This document shows, one piece after another, positions 51,861 to 54,169 of a DNA stretch of 54,169 nucleotides (the stretch's first letter is position 1; the number at the start of each line of letters is the position of its first letter). A model generated the notes under the pieces. The model worked only from the letters and a program-made list of their open reading frames with translations. It was not told the DNA's origin and did not search any database. The stretch lies in assembly GCA_963575745.1 (NCBI GenBank), contig CAUYUJ010000261.1, positions 62,001-116,169 of the forward strand, written 5' to 3'. Source of the stretch: Prorocentrum cordatum (taxonomy: Eukaryota). Made by a program: the position numbers and the translations under genes.

Positions 51861-54169
51861 AGAGCAGCGCCTGGACACGGGGTAGGGGGGGGCGGCTCAT
51901 CCTGGCCTGGGGCGGGCGCTCGCGCAGTTTCGTCTCGCCCGCCCGCGCGCAGGTCACGTGCGAAACGAGACATTTTTCCAGGTTGGGGCACCTCACGTTT
52001 TACTTTGGTCTCTCCCCTCCAGCCTCCAATTTGAAATCGTGTATTACTGGTGTCACGCTTTTGTCCATCAGTCCCGTCCCTGCGTGGTCGCCCTCGACAC
52101 AGGTCCACTTGCAGAGTGGCAGGTCCCTCTCCATCGTCCATGTCTGAATACCAACTCGCTCTGCTGATCCCCAAGCACGTTTCTTCTATCGTATCCATCT
52201 GCCTGCGGCAAAACCCCGCCACCGTGCCTGTGCAAAAGCACGGTAGGGAGGAGGAGGATGAGGAGGAGGAGGAGGAGGAGGAGGAGGTGGAGGAGGAGGA
52301 GGAGGAGGAGGGGGAGGAGGAGGAGGAGGAGGAGGAGGAGGGGGACGAGGCGGAGGAGGAGGATGGGGAGGAGGAGGAGGCGGAGAGGGAGAAAATGAAG
52401 ACAAGAAGGAGAAGGCCTCATAGGGGATCTTTAGCCCTCTTCGGAGCCGCCTGGGGACATATTGGGGGTCTCGTGGGGGCCTCTTGGACGCCTCTTGGGG
52501 CCTCTTTGGGCGTTCTTAGGGGGCCCTTGGCCCGTCTGAAGCCCTCGGAGTCCGTCTCGGGAGCCTCTCTGAGCCAGGTTGGTGCCCTCTTGGAGCGCTT
52601 TAGGGCTGTCTTCGGCGATCTCGGGTCTTCTTGGGCCGACTTGGGGACCTCATGGGCTGCCTGGGAGCTATCTTGGAAGCCTCTTGGGCCGTCTTGGGTG
52701 GTCGGAGACCCAAACAGGTGAGAACCTCAAAGTCCTTCAAGAAGGCACGGGAGCCCAAGGTGTTTTGCATCTTTGGGCTCCCCTGGAGGGCCTCTTGGAG
52801 CCCTCTTGGGTCGTCTTGGCAGCCTCTCGAGCCGTCTTGAGGCAATTTAGGAGTCTCTGATGCCGTCTTTGACCGTCTTGGGTCGTCCTGATGTCATCTT
52901 GACTGTCTCGGAAGCCGTCTTTGAAGCCTCTTAGGCCGTCCTTGAGCAGAAAGGAGCGCCTGAGAGCAAATTCAGAACGGGGCGGTTTTCGAGGGGCGCG
53001 TGTGGCAAAGGGGGGGTCGGCATCCGAAAACATTAAAAACCTTCTAGACGACAGGCTAGCATTCTATCACGCCCACTCCGTGCAGGCACGGTGGCAGATT
53101 CACCAGGGTCTTTCTTCGTCGAGTGGAATTGGAATCAAGGTACATGTTAGGACTCGCGTATTGTTTTAATCCAGAAAGTCGAGCGCAACTTCTGCGTGAT
53201 TAGCATTTGTTTCGTAGATTGGTGAGGGATGCGCGATTGGCTCGTGCCATGGCCATCTCATGTAGAATCGGGAAGGCGTTCCAGCATCCCGAAAGCGGTA
53301 TGCGGTGGAAGTCGATCATTTGTTCGACGCAGAGGCCCCAGCCTCAGTTTTCACACGCCATTCTTCTGTGAGTGCACCGTATACCGCGCTTTGGCGACCC
53401 CATGCGATCTCGTGTGCCGTTCGTTGGAGACCCCATGCGCCAGATTTGCAACGTCTAATATTAGCATCATCTCAGAGAGATCGATGGCATCGCATGCGCA
53501 TCCTGATCTGGCACCTCTTGATATGATTTCTGTCGTTCGGCTGCATTTTCACGTGGATCTCATGACGCTCAGAGGATGCAGGTCGAGAGGGCCAAGCTGC
53601 GTCTTTTCCATGCTGGAGGGCTTAGCAGAGTGGTCTCGTCTTACATGCCATATGCATGCGGGTATGCATGTGGCGTCAAGGGTGCATGGGCATATTCGCC
53701 GGTCGACTGGAGGGCAGCATCAGATTGAGCATGGTGCTTGGGCTCCAGGCCTGACTCAGCTTCGGCTGGAGCGCATCTTTGCGACTCACGTCCAACATTT
53801 GTCGTTCAGTCTGGTTCAAGAGTCCTCTGTCCGCGAGTCAATTCCTCCGCCTTCGTCGCAGCCAACCAACTCCCTGGACCTGTTCCAGAGCGCGCTCTGA
53901 CCGGTCTTCCCGGGTGGATCCATCCGTGACGATTTGTGCCCCCCACGAGGCCCAGCAGGGCAAGCAAAACCGTTCTGGTTTCCCCCCGTGGAGCGAAGCT
54001 CCCAGGCCAGGGTGGGGTGACCCTCACCGCCACGCGGCGGTGGCGCAGGTGGGCACTGTCACTCAGCCCCTACTGAGGAGGAGGAGGAGGAGGAGGAGGA
54101 GGAGAAGGAGGAGGAGGAGGAGGAAGAGGAGGAGGAGGAAGCGGAGGGGGAGGAGGAGGAGGAGGAGGA

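Overview
Eukaryotic, GC-rich, microsatellite-saturated DNA, almost certainly from a dinoflagellate nucleus: it carries a perfect 22-nt dinoflagellate spliced leader (DinoSL, TCCGTAGCCATTTTGGCTCAAG), and tiny exons use GC as well as GT donors. Nearly all ORFs in the track are low-complexity artefacts. Supported content: (1) a + strand multi-exon gene for an unknown, probably membrane, protein, built by hand from phase-compatible micro-exons (8723-21406, possibly from 2047); (2) a ~4.5-kb degenerate APE-RT LINE (- strand) inserted into a ~90-bp satellite inside one intron, with two tandem DinoSL relics at its exact 5' end; (3) two intronless ORFs preceded by genomic DinoSL copies, i.e. retroposed mRNAs (4978-5679, degenerate SL; 26931-27263, perfect SL); (4) several MITE-like families; (5) a ~9-kb head-to-tail array of related elements punctuated by (GTT)n, with palindromic starts, subterminal hairpins and nested insertions (36061-44915); (6) many mini/microsatellites and decayed coding relics. 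All calls are by eye; no searches were run.
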